Position numbers and translations under genes: made by a program. A stretch of DNA of 62,461 nucleotides, filler included, from Rhabdomonas costata (Eukaryota), in assembly GCA_019059605.1 (NCBI GenBank). It is 29 parts of 29 records of this genome, joined end to end, with 100 filler letters (N's around TTAATTAATTAA, not from the genome) between each part and the next. Parts side by side here need not be neighbours in the genome. Positions count along the whole stretch, not along the records: positions 36,693 to 38,749 come from JAHMHO010006022.1; positions 38,850 to 40,905 come from JAHMHO010006023.1; positions 41,006 to 43,062 come from JAHMHO010006024.1; positions 43,163 to 45,218 come from JAHMHO010006025.1; positions 45,319 to 47,375 come from JAHMHO010006026.1; positions 47,476 to 49,532 come from JAHMHO010006027.1; positions 49,633 to 51,683 come from JAHMHO010006028.1; 22 more parts are not named here. The stretch is one strand, 5' to 3'. This document shows positions 37,500 through 49,740 of the stretch, piece after piece. The notes beneath the pieces were generated by a model that saw only the letters and a list, made by a program, of their open reading frames with translations, had not been told where the DNA came from and ran no database searches. Numbering within the stretch: position 1 is the stretch's first letter; each line of letters starts with the position of its first letter.

Positions 37500-37687
37500 C
37501 CTTTCTGTGGGGCATACACGCAAAAGAACAGGCCCTGCCCCAGGTCACAGAGGGAAAGGTAGAGCAGCAGCTGGTACGAGGTAGTGCGGGACTCTCGGAA
37601 GGTGGCGTAGGTCAGGATGATCGCCAGCGACCCCAGGCAGCACAGGGCCCCGGAGATAATAAACACCACATCAAACCCGGCCAACAT
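37500..37687 (-). CDS. cAMP-receptor-like (CAR/GCR1/Git3-type) 7TM protein, TM1-TM2
   Basis: MLAGFDVVFIISGALCCLGSLAIILTYATFRESRTTSYQLLLYLSLCDLGQG fits the LGSxxIIxTY...R...LLxYLSxxDL pattern. The 3' exon boundary is uncertain. Confidence 0.75.
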
Positions 37688-38850
37688 TCGCGCAAATGGA
37701 ACACCCACCCGCCCACCTCACCCACACGCACGCCCACTGTCCTACACCTCTATAGCGTCTGCACTCCTCCCTGGAGGTCGGACACCCAGCTTGGTGAGAA
37801 CCGCGCAAACTTTTTATGGGAGATGGAAATGACTTCAAACCGCTTGAGGATCCGGAAAACTCTTGGGATACAGGCTACCGAAATTCTATCTGTATCAAAG
37901 GCACAGCCGTAATTTAGATCATTCGTTTAGGTTCGTTTTTTTGGGGGGCCTACCATGGGGGAATCCCATTAAATCCATAATAAGTCCATTATAAAAATAT
38001 TTCCAATAGAGTTCACCACAAAAACAGATGCTGGGCCTCCGGGGCACTCCTGGCTTCACCAGCCACCCAACAGTTTCACTCTACCCGGGCCACTTTAATG
38101 GGATCGTGGCAACAAAAGGGGCAGCACATCGATGCGAAACATTTTTTTACCCAAACCAAAAGAGGAAAATAATAGAAGATGAAAACTGTCACTGCAAAGA
38201 CGCACAGCCGCGTGAGAGAACAAACAGGTTCTTGAAATGACGGGAAATGGGAAATGACAGCCGACTTCTTGGGAGCCGTAATCGCATAATACCGTACACG
38301 GCACAGCTAATAAACACAACACAACACCTTTATCCCTTGGCAGCAGAGCGATATCTGCATCTGCGGACTGTGGTTCGAGAGACCCTCTTAAGTGAGGCAA
38401 AAAAGATTGATTTCAGTAGTAGTAGATCCCTTTTGAGCAACCCGAGGCTACAGAGTCCCTTTATGCTGCGGTTGAATGAGGAAACGGGCCGCCTCTGGCT
38501 GACACGATAGAGACCCAGTCATTCTTTGGGACTTTTGCAGCGTTTCTGAGCCTAAAACCGCACCAGCCCTCATCCAGATACAAATTGAAATGAAGCATGG
38601 CGAATGCTCCACCCGCGACGACGAAAACGTACGACGAAACAAAGTGTTCATGGGCGACCCATTCTTGCCATAAAAAAAGATACAGTTGGAAGAGGAGCAG
38701 TTATTCGCACCTTTATACCCCTTTCCTCTTCCCCACTTTCCCAAAAACANNNNNNNNNNNNNNNNNNNNNNNNNNNNNNNNNNNNNNNNNNNNTTAATTA
38801 ATTAANNNNNNNNNNNNNNNNNNNNNNNNNNNNNNNNNNNNNNNNNNNNT

Positions 38851-39005
38851 GGTGTACAGGTTCACTGTAAAAGCCCATCCCAACGATCCTCTGACAGTCC
38901 GTGAAGTAGGGCTATTCCAATATGTATGCCACGAGTGATGAATACGTCATTTTTACAGAACTCAGGGGAACGTTGGGATGGGCTTTTACAGTGAACCTGT
39001 ACACC
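38851..39005. repeat. Perfect 35-bp inverted repeat with an 85-bp spacer (foldback or MITE-like)
   Basis: 38851-38885 ggtgtacaggttcactgtaaaagcccatcccaacg is the exact reverse complement of 38971-39005. Confidence 0.9.
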
Positions 39006-39403
39006 GCGCACCAAGCAAACCTTTTCGCCGACCTGGTCCCTTTCACAATGGACAAGGCCGCGACTCGTGTGGAGGCCACGTACAGCGAATCCCGCTGCAG
39101 TATGCTCTCCTGTGGAGTGTCACTTCGCCGCGTGGGGATGACAGTGGAACTCTCTTTCCCGTGCACCCGTTGATTCTGAACCGAAGCGTCAATGCATCTG
39201 ACTGTGCCAGTCTCTCTCACCATCTCCCTATATCACTTTTAGACGCGGACTCGCACTCACACAATGTCAGTAAGCAGCTCTCGTCAAGGCTACTGACCAT
39301 CACACTCTCTTGAATCTCGCACATGCACAGGTTTACAAGCTCAAATGGCTGAGTACAGCATCTCCACATTAGGCTGCACATTGCTCTCTCGACTTACCCG
39401 CAG

Positions 39404-40782
39404 GCAGCACGATCTACCACTTTGACAAGTGGGACCGCTTCGCGGTCGTCAACGTGTCCTCCCCAAAGCTCTCCACGGTGAAGATCATGCGCCCCGAGGA
39501 AGGACTTCCCGTGGTCGCCGTGGTGAACCCCCCGTGCCGCGTCTTGGTTGCCGAGCACCTGGACGCGGTGCACCGCCTTGCAATGGCCACCAACGAGGGC
39601 CTGTCCTTCACCCCCCTCTCCACACATCCTCGCGGAAATTTTGCCAACAAAAACTCACACGCCCACTCACGCATGTCGGATCAGAAGGAGAGAAGAAGTA
39701 GCGTAAAACGGAGGACCGGAACAGCAAGGGGATGGGCAACAGGGGGGAGAGGCGCCCGTGTAACTGGTGTTAGATGGGCGTTACACGTTTAACGCGTCTA
39801 ACGGACATCGCCAATTCCCATTGTGACACTCGCGAGAGATACGTGCTCCCTAGGATTCGGTTAGAAGCGTTGCAGGGGGTTAGGAGGCGATGCACCATCG
39901 GTATCTCGCCCGTTAATCAAATTTGTTTCGATCAGGCCAGCTGATCTTTTACGAGGACGCCCGGCTGGACCTCCACGGCAGACCGTTGCAGCCCCGGAAA
40001 GCCTGCCGGGTGAACTCCGTGCCGCTGTGCCTGCGGTGGGACGACACTCACCAGAGGCTGTTTTGGGGCAACCGCGCTGGAGAGATTATGGTGCCTGTTC
40101 CAGTGCAACCCCCTTCATACAGTGCAAACAATAATGTGACATGAAAGTTGCGTGGGCCGATTGGTTGTGTGACTTGGTTCAGTGATTCTTTCTATAAAGT
40201 GCGCTACACCGTGAACTCAGAACTGCACTAGAGCGCATTGCTAAGTTCAAACCTGAACTTCACGTTCCCCTCACCAAACAAAATGTGCGCAGACAACGGC
40301 ATTTGTATGGGGTAACAAGATTTTGAATGGAAAACCGACACGCACACACCATTTTCTGAGTTTGAGGGTGTAATTTATCGTAATTATCAAAAAAAAAAAC
40401 GTTTGGTGAAATGATGGGATTCCGCGTTTTGCAACGGCAAGAATTTGCAGAAAAAATCCAGGGTCAGGCTGCTGCTCAAGTGAGGTGTGGTTCCAGAACG
40501 TTGTTAGCCGGCTTGCTTCGAAGAATGTTGGCAAAGCGTCAAATTTACTTGGAAACATGCCCGAATGCGAAACTACAAAACTATGGCATAACACCACGCC
40601 AAACAGATCCGTTGTATTCTCCGTAGGGGATCCGGTACACCGACGACCCCGACCTCTCCAGACATACAATACCAGCTCACGCCGCACAAGGGGCCCGTGA
40701 TGGACATCTTAGTGCTGGACCGGATGCGCTGCATCGTTACCGCCTCGCTGGACAGCACCGTGAGACTTAGCGCAATGGACAA
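39404..40782 (+). CDS. WD40-repeat protein, internal exons (39404-39598, 39936-40090, ~40627-40782)
   Basis: HKGPVMDILVLDRMRCIVTASLDSTVRL and LFWGNRAGEI are WD40 strands. The first intron appears to be GC-AG. Confidence 0.75.
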
Positions 40783-41005
40783 GTGTGGAGAGAATGTGTG
40801 TGTGTTGCCGTTTGTGCGTTGTTACGCGCCGCTGAAAGGAATCCATCATGCGACCTTAAACTCCGTTCGAGCAACCCAATACCACCCATCTGCTTCAAAA
40901 ACACANNNNNNNNNNNNNNNNNNNNNNNNNNNNNNNNNNNNNNNNNNNNTTAATTAATTAANNNNNNNNNNNNNNNNNNNNNNNNNNNNNNNNNNNNNNN
41001 NNNNN

Positions 41006-43062
41006 TCTATACAGCCGTCAGGCCATCGCCCTGTGGGGAGAGTAACACTGTCTGTTGGCGTCACCATCCTGGCGCTCCACAACTTATCGATGATAGTTCC
41101 CAGTGTCCTGAGTAGTACGGCTGTGTCCCCAAGTCTCTGTAGTGGTCAGAGGTGAGCTAGGTCAGATGCCCCTGCCACGTGTAGGGTATGTCAACTTAGC
41201 CTCTGATGGTGGACATGAACCCACGTCTGAAGCATGTGGTAGTTTTGCTGGGTAGGTGACCCAAGGTCGACCTGCAGTGGGCCTGCGAAACTCACCGTAG
41301 GGAACAATAAACCCACTCAACCCACACTAGGGCTAAGCAACGTCACTCACACCCGTCCACCCGAATAATCGAAGATGCCTCCACTGCTCAAGGTACACAC
41401 ACTGATCCCAAGCACCGTACGATGTTGGCAACCTGGTAGTGGGGATGTTGGTGGTGGTACGAGTGACCAAGTGCATAGCCGAGGAGTCACTTCCTCCACT
41501 CCAACCACCTCATGCCAATACGTGAAGCTGGTGATGATGGTAGAGAGTGAGACAGAGGGCGCGCAAGGGCCGATGTCACATGCTCTACTTCAGTCGTCAT
41601 CCAAGGATCGGCCACGCAGCGTTTTGGGAGGGCCAGAAAGACCCCGAACCTGCTTGGGCTTTGCCCTCGATAAACGTTGACGTTTTGCTCGTGTACATTT
41701 GTTTTCGCCTCCGCTTCAAGGAGAGGTGTGCGCGCCAAAGTAAGGGAAGTGTGAGCTGAGCAGCTGGCTGATCTCTTGGTTACTTCAGCCCACGAACGCA
41801 GTGAGTGGGGACATTAAGGGTTAGGAGCATGGGAGCTCAGCGACCATGCGACCATCAAGACATCTTCTTCTTCGATCAGTGTCTCTTCGTTCGCTCCCGC
41901 TCTCTCCGGCCAGGCGTACAGGCGTAGCCGCAGCGAATATACCTCCGTGAAGGTTGAGTGTAGGGGTAGAGGGTGGCATCTGCGATAGGGCTGACGTCGA
42001 TGCCAAGATATCGATGTCCCGTTCTGAGGCCCTGATGGTTGTGCTGAGATGCCACCTGGATGCAATGGCTGAGGCAGAAGGGATGCCAACACCCTACACC
42101 CTTGCACTCATGCTCCCTCTGTTGCATCTCAGCATCAAGTTAGCCCCTCAGAGCCCCTCGGATACCCTTGATGTCAGGAGCAGCAGCTGAGGTGGGATGG
42201 TGGCATCTTACCAACATCAGAGGTGGGTTTTTGCGTAAGGTGGAGTAGCGTTTGCGTACCTCAGCCTTAGCAGCATGGTGGAGGTTCAGCATCACCGCTG
42301 TCTCTCCCTCACCTCTGTGGTGGGTCATGGGGCATCCATCCATCAATCAGTGGGCATTTCTGACGTCAACCCATATCGGTGTCAACATCAGCCCATCTGT
42401 GGTGCTTGTGGTGGCCATCATAGCGAGCCACTGTACCCAGAGAGGATGGTGTGACTTACCAATAGTTCGCTCCACCACCATAAGGATGGTAACGCTCACT
42501 CACATGTCGTCGTTCCACCACCCTAAGGTGCTTCCACTCCCCCCCAACATCCACATCAACATCATCAGGTGGTTCGGTCTTCCTCAGGTGGTTCGGAGTT
42601 GTGTCTCTGGGTGGGTTTGACATCCCTGGGTACGGTCAGCACAGGTGGTAGTCATGAACTCCTTCTCCGGTTACCCCGTAGTGGTGTGTGGCGTGCTCAT
42701 CCTTCAACTGTGCTTAGGGGTGGTTCTTCTTCGCGTATGTCTTACCTACAACTATAGGTAGAGTGTTACCCCTAATAGAATAGAGTAGTGCATAGCATGA
42801 CCGAGCGTTCCTGACACCACTATGTCACCTCACACATGGCCGTATCCTTCACCACGCACCCCAACCACTAGAGGCTGTCAGTCATTGCCACTACGCGTGG
42901 TTAATCGGGACAGCTCGCCTCCATCGGGATCCACCGCGAGAGGTTGAGTAGTGTGCTTCCGGTCCCTCTCTGCCTTGGCATGTAGGGTGGTCTTTAGACG
43001 TCTGGTTCTCGGAGATCATGCGTAGGTGGTTCTTGAGATCGAGGGTCTCGAGAACCACCAAC
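41006..43062 (-). mobile_element. 5' part of an LTR retrotransposon: LTR end at 42823, PBS at 42797-42819, then a degenerate gag-like region
   Basis: The minus strand reads ...gtgaCA tag TGGTGTCAGGA, i.e. an LTR-terminal CA followed by a tRNA-Leu-type PBS. Downstream frames are broken and no Gag motif is firmly recognised. Confidence 0.6.
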
Positions 43063-43510
43063 NNNNNNNNNNNNNNNNNNNNNNNNNNNNNNNNNNNNNN
43101 NNNNNNTTAATTAATTAANNNNNNNNNNNNNNNNNNNNNNNNNNNNNNNNNNNNNNNNNNNNGGTGGTGGGGAGGCCAAAATTGGCAGGTCAGGTCAGGG
43201 CGGCATATGCATTACTACGAAAGTTTTTCTGAAAATTCCCATTCTGTATGAAATATAGAAATTGCAAAGGGGCGGATTGAGAACATGTGAAAAAAAAACA
43301 GGAAAAATTGAGAAATTGAGAAATGCTAAGGGCGATGTCCGCCAGTGCCCTTTATGATATGTCTTCCGCTCCGCGTATAAATGTTGTGACATCCCCTTTC
43401 CACACGCACGCACACACCTTTCACCTTTCGATCTCGCTTTTATCATCTTTTCTGCCTCGATTGGATTGCTCATTTCCCACTCAGCGGCGCTGGTTCCGGT
43501 CGCCACTCAG

Positions 43511-45098
43511 ACAGTGGTGTACCCCTTGTTGCAGTCCGTTGGCATGAGCATGAACCCTTGCCCGAGCTTTGTCAGTGGGTCTGGGTTAGGGGTGACCCTC
43601 ACTCTCACGAACTGCCCCGTTGGTGTGTATGTGTGTGTCTGCCATTGCATCTGGTGGTTGCACAGGGAGTTCCTACGTTTCCATTTTTTTCTTGTCTCTT
43701 TCGTTTTTTTGTTGTTGTTGGGATGTGTGACTGCCATCCCCCTGGTCGAACTACTACTAGATTAGAGACTGAACGGCGACTCTCCGCCAATTGCATCGCG
43801 TGTTGCTGTGGTGTTCCCTTGCCTTCCGGGTTGGTGGAAAGCAATTGCCATCACCTTGTTCACCTTGTTCAAAGAGTCGAAGCAGGCCGAACGAATACAC
43901 CTGGCCCTTGCCGTGTGATGGGATATTTCGTAGCTTGGGAGGTCACAAAAGAAAAACGTCGAGCGGGGACATGCTCATTTTCGCAGATGTGACCCTTACA
44001 AAGCTGGGGTCATATCAATGCACGGTGAGCGCTGTGTCCTCCTATGTTTCTCCCTACGCCTACTGCAACATCTCGCTGGCCATTGCGGGCCCCCTGCAGC
44101 TGTCCAGCGGTCTCCTGACGATCCAGTTTTGCAAGGTACCTTTGTCGTCCACGCCGTACTGAGCAAGCTGGGAGGGCGGAGGGCGTAATTCCCAGTAAGC
44201 TCAGTAATAAGGCCTTTTTATCCCGCCGAGGGCAGGTCTAAGCCACCCGATAGTCGTGACTGGATTCTCGGAAATGGTGAAGAACTTCCACAGGGCCAAG
44301 CACTGGAAGCTGGATCACATGGAATTCAACAGATATACGCGCGCGCGCACGCACACACGCACACACACACTCACCCGTCGCCAACAGCGCCAGCGGGTGC
44401 GCCGTCAGTCCATAAACACACATACACAAACACACAACCAGTATCTGTCCCTCCTCTTTGTCACCCCCTCACACTCATGCACTCATACTCCTATTTCAGA
44501 AGGGTCCAACGAAAACCCGACGTGGAACCCCCCAATCGAAAAGAGTTGGTCCCTTGCTGATGATGACCCAGTCACTCCGCCGGGAGTCGAAACACCAGCC
44601 ACTCCAGCAGTGCACTGTCAGCTGCCCAGCACAGAATCCACTCCACACACTCTCACTCTGGATGTGAGCTCACATCGATTTTTTCGCGCTTGTGTTTGTG
44701 TGTGTGTGTCCATATTTCATCAATATTCGAGGGATCCTTGGCAACAGTTGCGCCATGCCATGAGCTTTATTTATGCGAAAGGGCACCGCTCCCGTTGGTA
44801 GGCGAGCCGATTCTCTTTTGACTGCTGGGGCAGCAGGTCCCCGAGAAGTGTCCAGGAAGCGGGGGAATTTCCGAAAGTCCAGCTGAAGGTAGAAAAGACC
44901 TCCACCAAAGCTATGCCTTGTGGAGCGTATGTGCGTGTGAGTTTGTCCTTTTGTTAAGATGTTTCGCGGGCTTTCCCCACCGCAGAAAGAACGAGAACAG
45001 AGTGTGTCGTGTTCTTTTCTTCATAGCAAGGGTCCGCCACCTTCACTCGAGCCATGTTCGCGACTGCGATCTACACCATCACGGGGTACGGCGCTGCG
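43511..45098 (+). CDS. Internal exons of an unknown Cys/Ser/Thr-rich, probably extracellular protein (43511-43622, 43987-44135, ~45031-45098)
   Basis: AG/GT-bounded open exons; the first two join in phase (TLTNCPV|DVTLTKLGSYQCTVSA). Confidence 0.55.
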
Positions 45099-45530
45099 GT
45101 ATGTGTGGTGCACAAAAAGCCCGTGCCTTTCTCCTTGCGTGGTGTTATTTTGTTGGGGTGCTCCACTCTTTCACTCCAACAAGCATGCGAGACTTTGCGG
45201 GACCGCTGGCCTAGTGCCNNNNNNNNNNNNNNNNNNNNNNNNNNNNNNNNNNNNNNNNNNNNTTAATTAATTAANNNNNNNNNNNNNNNNNNNNNNNNNN
45301 NNNNNNNNNNNNNNNNNNAAGCAATTTTACTGCACTTCCCCCTCTTCTTCACGGTCTTAACGGGCGAGCAGTTTCCGTTTGGCGCGCGTCGTGTGTCCTT
45401 GAGCCTGTTAACGTTGTTCTCCGAAATTCAAATCAAATTATGGGATTCGCAGATGTTTCCAGATTTGCGTTTGATACTGACTATAAGTTTTTCGCTGCTC
45501 ACATTTGATGGTGTGGTCCATGTTTCCCAG

Positions 45531-47342
45531 GCACAGGGAGGAGCTTGCTCAAATGCAGGCCAAGGTGGAGCAGATGGTGCGAGAGCACGAGGAGGTAATC
45601 CGTGACCTGGAGACCGAGAATACCACCCTCCGTTCTCAGCTCAAGGCCCAGGTCAGTTGGTGATGTCTGTGTGTGAGTGTGTGTGTGTGTGTGTGACCTT
45701 TTTCATCTCTTCCCCCTGCTTGATGGTGAGAAGTGGAGGATGTTGAAGGTTTCTGCAAAGTTCTTTTGCTTCAAAGGAACCGCGTTTGATAGCTGTTCAG
45801 AGAGTTCTTTGGCGGTGATGGTTGTGGGATCAAATGTCTCTCTGCGTTGCATACTCCCATCATGCATGTGGCGGTGACCCAAAGAGGCACCGCTTTTAGA
45901 ATTTGTGTACGTGGTTTTTGTTTCCTGTTTCCTAATGGGATTGAAAAGAACCACAAAAAACGTCACTTTGACCACGTGCACAAAGTGTGCTGGTGGCCCG
46001 CGTGCTTGTGCTTCTTTCTTTCTACATTGCGCTTGCGAGCAGGATCGTGAAGGCAAGCTTAAAGAAACTAACACCATGATGAAGCGCATCTCTGATGGTG
46101 TGCACCTGTGGTGCGATGTGGTTTTTTTGTGGGGTGCTGGGGGCGCTGAACGATTTTCAGTTTTTCGGAGATGAACGGTAAGGTGCAAAGCTGGGTCATT
46201 GTCCTTACAGTGCCGCTCCCGGGTATTTGAGACACGATTTTGGACGGATCACCCTCCCCTCCTCAAGTTCACTGGTGAGGACGTGCGCACACTACATATC
46301 ATCACGTATTGAAGAAACATCAATGCTTTGTCTCGCATTGGATGACATTGGTTGAGCCCTGAAACTTTCAGAGGACTTCTTTGGTCTTTGAAAATCCTAG
46401 ATCCTTGAAATACCGACCACTCACCCGTCCTCATCCTCATCCTCATCCTCATCCTCATCCTCATCCTCCAATCTCACCCTGTCTTGCACCCATCGATCCA
46501 TAGAGTGGGCGGCGCGCTACACGGCGCTGGAGGGGGAGCTTGAGGCGCTTCGGCCAGCCCAGGCCGAGCTACAGGAGCAGCTGCAGCAAGCCCAGCAGCA
46601 GCTGCAACAGGCCCAAGATCAGTTGCAGCAGGCGCAGGCGCAGGTGCACGCCATCCCACCTCCGACGCTCACGGCTGTTCCTCGGGATGGGTCCCCGCTC
46701 ACTGAGGGCAGCCCAGTGGACATGACAAAGGTGAGCGTCTTTTCATTGCTTCATTTTCGCTGCCACTGGGCCCCTTTTCTCCTTTTTGTTTTTGCGCTTA
46801 TTACAAAGAAGCCATGATACCTGTCTCCAAAAAGTGGAGAAGACTTGCTTGGGGTTTTAAGGACGAAAAATGGGGATTTGGCAGTTGGTTGTGCTGCGCG
46901 TCTGGCGCTTGCAGGACGGCTCTCCGGTTGAGGCCTCTCCCACGCAGCAGCTGCAGTATGTGCTGTGCCAATCGCTCCCCACATCCAGAATAGAATTATC
47001 CACGCCACCTCAGGAAAGTGAACGTTTCAAAATTGCCGTAAATATGCGTTTTTTCCTTCCAGGTGGTTAATCCGAGAAGTTCGAGGGAGGGTTTGCGAAC
47101 ATGTTTCAATCATTTTCAAACAAAAACCCTTTATCGCGAATTCGCCAAATTATTATATCTGCTATGACTCTTTTTTGACATCACCCGAGCTATGCTTTAC
47201 CCCGTTTCGTTTCTGTCGATAGTCCCCCTTTCCTATTCTTTTGTGTGGTGAAAAGCTCTTCTTGGTGAAAAAACGCCACAGGGCCAAGGAAGAAGAGATC
47301 AGAAAGCTCAAGAAGCTGCTCAAGAAGTACCGCAAGACAGAG
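45531..47342 (+). CDS. Coiled-coil protein, five exons (45531-45651, 46043-46097, 46504-46730, 46915-46955, 47282-47342)
   Basis: All four GT-AG junctions keep frame. Heptad-rich peptide EELAQMQAKVEQMVREHEEV...LQQAQQQLQQAQ...AKEEEIRKLKKLLKKY. Confidence 0.8.
46428..46468. repeat. (TCATCC)n microsatellite in an intron
   Basis: About six tandem hexamers are directly visible. Confidence 0.9.
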
Positions 47343-47943
47343 GTCCCCTTCCCTGCCTCCGTGCCACCCACAACCNNNNNNNNNNNNNNNNNNNNNNNNN
47401 NNNNNNNNNNNNNNNNNNNTTAATTAATTAANNNNNNNNNNNNNNNNNNNNNNNNNNNNNNNNNNNNNNNNNNNNTTGGAGCACTTTGGGGGGGGGGGCT
47501 GTATATACGAATCTAGTTATTTTGTTTTTGGTCATTTGCGAAGAGAATTAAAATAGAGAGAAAAAGAAATTGTTTCTGAGTAGGTCTTTCTCACCGGAAC
47601 AATGTCATCAGTCGAAACTTGTTCTTGCCGTCCTTTGGCGAAAAATAAGAATACGTCTTGTTTTGCTTGGGTTGAAGGCCGCCGCTGCCAGAGCGGGCGA
47701 GAATGTTGCCTGCAGTCTAAAGTTGGAGGACTTGAGTGACAGTGCGCCACAAAATCGATGTATTTTTGGGAGGGATCTGGTGTGCCGTAGCCCCTACTCG
47801 TTGGCGCAATTTTCTTTATATTTTCACGGTATACTTTACGTCATAAGAACGCACTGTATGACGTTGCCATACCGTTTAACGCCTCCTCTCCCCCATAATG
47901 CCCGGACCCATTTTGTGTCTCCCGTGGCCTTCGCTGAAGAAAG

Positions 47944-48175
47944 GTCTCGTCTGACTGATGTTGTGGCTTGCGATCGCTTGCGAAATGAGCAGAAGCAATT
48001 TGTGACGGGCTCGCAGTCTGTTGCTGGCAAGATCCAGGAGGTGGAGCTGAGGATGAGCTTCATGGACGATTTGGCCGAGTTGGAGGACCAGAGCCTGAAC
48101 CCTGCGCAGAGGATGCACACTGTGCAGCGAATGTACCGGGTGTACTGGTTCCTTGCCCCCAGCCGTTACCGCTGA
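47944..48175 (+). CDS. Terminal exon of an unknown helical protein
   Basis: GC3-rich open frame ...KIQEVELRMSFMDDLAELEDQSLNPAQRMHTVQRMYRVYWFLAPSRYR*. Confidence 0.6.
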
Positions 48176-48733
48176 GCCATTGTCAAGATTCGGTGGGCCT
48201 GCAGTGGTGGGAATGCATCTTTCCAATTTCGGTGCCTAACTTGGCTTCTCGCGACTACTTTGTCCTGACTTTTCTCCGGTTCGATCCAGACTGGGAGTCA
48301 GCCCTACCCTTCGCAGCTTCAGGATTACCGCTGAAGCGCAGTCATGGTGCCGCCACTGCTGACCATTGTTTAGACGGAGTCGTTGTCCTTCACAGCTTAT
48401 GATTGGGTGGTCGTAACTCTCATTGAAGGCTTTGAAGGGTATGCGTACTGGGCTACGGAGAGACATTTTGAATCGATTGTGTCCAAGGCAACGGGCATCC
48501 TTTCGCATGGCTGAAATTTGTTGGTTGTGTTTTGCGCGAGAGTTGACTCGCACCTGTTTCGTCTTTGCGGATGCTGAATTATCCTTTCAGGTGAAGAAGA
48601 GGGAAGTGTGAAGCGGAGGAAGTTGTATCCCAATCCAGTACCCTTTTGTTTCATTCACTGTGCAGGTTTTTCTTTTTGTGTCGCCTTTGTTGATCAACGA
48701 AGGCGCTGTGGGGGGGGGGGGTTGTTTTACAAG

Positions 48734-49532
48734 GTCACTACCCCTGGTTTGCGATGTATAACACCCTGGACGCCTCCCTCCCGAAGTTCGAGAACGACCG
48801 CATAAAGAAGCTGCTGCGGAACGCGGGGATCGGGTTCTGCTCCTCCGCCGTCTCCGATACCGTCAGCAACTCCCTGCGAGTACTGAAGACCTACCGCCAG
48901 ACCTCCGCCTCGACGGTGTCGTACCTTCAGGTGTTGTCGTTTGAGTGATTACGCACCCAACTTTCATCTTCGGTTTTGATCGGTATTTTGATGTACGTGA
49001 CCCGTAGAAATGAGGTTGCTTTGCCTATGGATGGAAGGGTTTTGCGTTTTGCATCTTTGGGCATCAGTACTCAGTTTTGTTCTGGCTGGCTTGGAATTCT
49101 TTGAAACGACCCAAGGGACCAAAGGAAATTCTTGCACTTATGGCTCTTAAACTGGAGCCAACAGAGCTATAGGACCCTCCTTGGGAGCACCCAGGCTGCG
49201 CGCGTCTTAGATTTGGGCCATCTTTTCTTCTCTTTCCTTCTTTCCATCATCTTTCTCCTTTATATTGTGAATGTGTGTTTCTTTTCTGTCTTTACATCAC
49301 ACAACCATACACGAACGCGAACAAACAGACACAACTGTCCCTAACTCAGAGAAGAAAACCATTGAGTTGTCGTGCCGATGGCGTCAGGGGGGGATTTTTT
49401 TCGTGGCGCAGTCCGCGAGGACCATCATCGCCTCGGACGGCCTTGTGGGGCTCTTCGGGCGCGGGCTGGCCACCCGGATTATGGCCAACGGGATGCAGGG
49501 CATGATGTTCTCGGTGCTGTGGAAGCACTTCC
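48734..49532 (+). CDS. Mitochondrial-carrier-like protein, C-terminal exons (48734-48930 and 49412-49532)
   Basis: [12 protein letters not shown]...[28 protein letters not shown]...|[34 protein letters not shown] is a recognisable atypical carrier subfamily. Confidence 0.85.
49163..49358 (+). repeat. Dispersed intronic repeat family B, about 190 bp (also 57872-58060 and the 3' half at 51518-51600)
   Basis: Shared agagcta.aggaccctcc.tg.gagcacccaggctgcgcgcgtc and ttttctgtctttacatc...gaacaaacagacacaactgtccctaa.tca.agaa. Confidence 0.92.
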
Positions 49533-49740
49533 NNNNNNNNNNNNNNNNNNNNNNNNNNNNNNNNNNNNNNNNNNNNTTAATTAATTAANNNNNNNNNNNN
49601 NNNNNNNNNNNNNNNNNNNNNNNNNNNNNNNNTGTGGGTTTTTTCGCCTGTCCCAGTCAACGGATACGAGAAAGAGCTCCTTCGTATCTCCGTACACGCT
49701 TCTGTTTGTGATGGAATTATGCATGGGTGTTGTGTCGCAG

